Shown: positions 46,530 through 47,348 of the stretch, piece after piece
Layout of the letters: every line of letters starts with the position of its first letter
Position numbering within the stretch: the stretch's first letter is position 1
Virus record (IMG/VR): IMGVR_UViG_3300024348_000012
Strand: one strand, 5' to 3'
From: a virus
Taxonomy: Duplodnaviria > Heunggongvirae > Uroviricota > Caudoviricetes
Length of the DNA stretch: 47,348 nt
The notes under the pieces: model-generated
Database searches by the model: none
The model's input: only the letters and a program-made list of their open reading frames with translations
What the model was told of the DNA's origin: nothing
Program-made: the position numbers and the translations under genes

Positions 46530-46888
46530 CATCATTGTTATTACATAGTAGAACACAAGCACATTCATTTCATTTAGGAGTTAAAGGTGTTGGTGCATTT
46601 TCTACACATTCTGCATTACAATTATACTATCTTAATATTGCAGGCTTAGTTGATGGTTTAGTTGAAGCATATCAAGGACAATACGGATTAATTAAATTAC
46701 AACCTGTTAGTGGATTGGATACAAATAATGATATCAAAAATGTTATTTCATATTTTGATAAATTGATTGCAGCAGTTGCAAAATTAAGAAAAGACGAAAA
46801 ATTACAAATGAGTTGGTTACAAAACGATATAGATACGATTGTAACTTTATTATACTCAACAAAATACAAGTTGACAAATTTACAATAG
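46517..46888 (+). CDS. Ferritin/Dps-like four-helix protein (DUF5856-like)
   Basis: LLHSRTQAHSFHL...HSALQLYY...VDGLVEAYQGQYG...LYSTKYKL. Confidence 0.65.
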   Translation: MEQLASLLLHSRTQAHSFHLGVKGVGAFSTHSALQLYYLNIAGLVDGLVEAYQGQYGLIKLQPVSGLDTNNDIKNVISYFDKLIAAVAKLRKDEKLQMSWLQNDIDTIVTLLYSTKYKLTNLQ

Positions 46889-46892
46889 AAGA

Positions 46893-47069
46893 ATGTTAGT
46901 AGTAAGTGTTAAGGGTGGAAATATAGAGTGGGCAATAAAAGATTACAAAAAGAGAATTCAGTCCATAAAACAAATAGAAGAACTTAGAGAAAGGAAGAAT
47001 TTTATTAAACCTTCCAAAAGAAAGAGGTTACAAAGAGAAGAAACTATAAGAAAAAACAAACTATTTTAG
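46893..47069 (+). CDS. rpsU: Phage-encoded ribosomal protein bS21 (not in ORF track)
   Basis: 58 aa MLVVSVKGGNIEWAIKDYKKRIQSIKQIEELRERKNFIKPSKRKRLQREETIRKNKLF; NIE.A.K.YK, LR.R..F.KPS signature. Confidence 0.9.
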   Translation: MLVVSVKGGNIEWAIKDYKKRIQSIKQIEELRERKNFIKPSKRKRLQREETIRKNKLF

Positions 47070-47256
47070 TAGTTTTCTTTAGTTTTCTAAAAAATTTACA
47101 TATATATTATCAAATATCTTATTTTTTATTATAAGATTACAAGACAGAGTTGATTAATGAATACCCTTCTTATAAGGTGTGACCGAACAATCAACATAAT
47201 TACATTGGAGTTCCCTACAAGAATAACTTCACAAACAAATTTAAGGAAAAAACAAG
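47070..47256 (+). promoter_or_regulatory. 187-bp intergenic leader: operator-like 13-mer, hairpins and an SD before the scaffold gene
   Basis: TAGTTTTCTTTAG 47070-47082; ATCTTAT/ATAAGAT 47116-47137; GTTGATT/AATCAAC 47149-47195 enclosing a hairpin at 47161-47180; TAAGGA 47242-47247. Confidence 0.55.
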
Positions 47257-47348
47257 ATGGCAAATTCAAAATTATTGAAAGAAGCAATCGCTGATGCCAA
47301 AGCCGTTAAAGAAACTGCTTTAGCAAACGCTAAAATCGCACTTGAAGA
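47257..47348 (+). CDS. 5' end of prohead scaffold-like protein (truncated by window edge)
   Basis: MANSKLLKEAIADAKAVKETALANAKIALE; position after protease and bS21 is where scaffold and major capsid genes are expected. Confidence 0.7.
   Translation, partial: MANSKLLKEAIADAKAVKETALANAKIALE

Noticed and set aside
9-46869. Many short minus-strand and alternate-frame ORFs in the track (e.g. 9..245, 2298..2522, 8130..9242, 10196..10423, 16636..17587, 35675..36073, 38504..38806, 42305..42874, 44062..44305)
   Set aside because: They lie antisense to or inside well-supported genes, lack family motifs and their composition mirrors the sense frame; treated as shadow ORFs
1-47348. Stop-codon reassignment (TAG or TGA recoding seen in some large phages)
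   Set aside because: Conserved genes are intact under code 11 and end on TAA, TAG (17873, 30717, 42863, 46888, 47069) and TGA (34110) right before the next start
1-47348. tRNA, rRNA, intron or homing-endonuclease insertions
   Set aside because: No cloverleaf or long non-coding gap apart from 47070-47256; TerL, portal and primase are uninterrupted and of normal length
1-47348. Eukaryotic giant virus (NCLDV) or bacterial chromosome origin
   Set aside because: Mre11-Rad50 fusion and plant-like GT are suggestive, but T4-like TerL, portal, prohead protease, S74 tail fibre, bacterial promoters and bS21 indicate a tailed phage

Overview
AT-rich, gene-dense segment of a large T4-like (myovirus-type) bacteriophage, standard code 11, almost entirely on the + strand. 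The host is very probably Bacteroidota: four TTTG-N20-TAnnTT(T/G)A promoters, a Bacteroidota-like bS21, and few SD sites. Order: (1) replication/recombination genes (T7-endonuclease-I-like resolvase, primase, Mre11-Rad50 fusion) and one minus-strand ribbon-helix-helix regulator; (2) a 1753-aa tail fibre with an S74 chaperone, followed by a small tail protein carrying mucin-like (TTAAP)n repeats; (3) a ~23-kb glycosylation island (11.2-34.1 kb) with about 7 glycosyltransferase-like genes, NDP-sugar enzymes, a split TPP enzyme, two EGLN/PHD-like 2OG oxygenases, two radical SAM proteins, four SGNH-like paralogs and two methyltransferases; (4) the head module (multi-domain putative head proteins, TerL, portal, prohead protease, bS21, start of the scaffold gene). 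Best candidate for a new system: a plant-type (HPAT/SGT, GT95/GT96-like) peptide O-glycosyltransferase encoded directly after the TTAAP-repeat tail protein, with prolyl-hydroxylase-like enzymes and lectin-inserted GT7 enzymes in the same island, suggesting phage-encoded mucin/extensin-like O-glycosylation of the tail tip. All family calls are from motifs read by eye and reference sequences recalled from memory; no searches were run.
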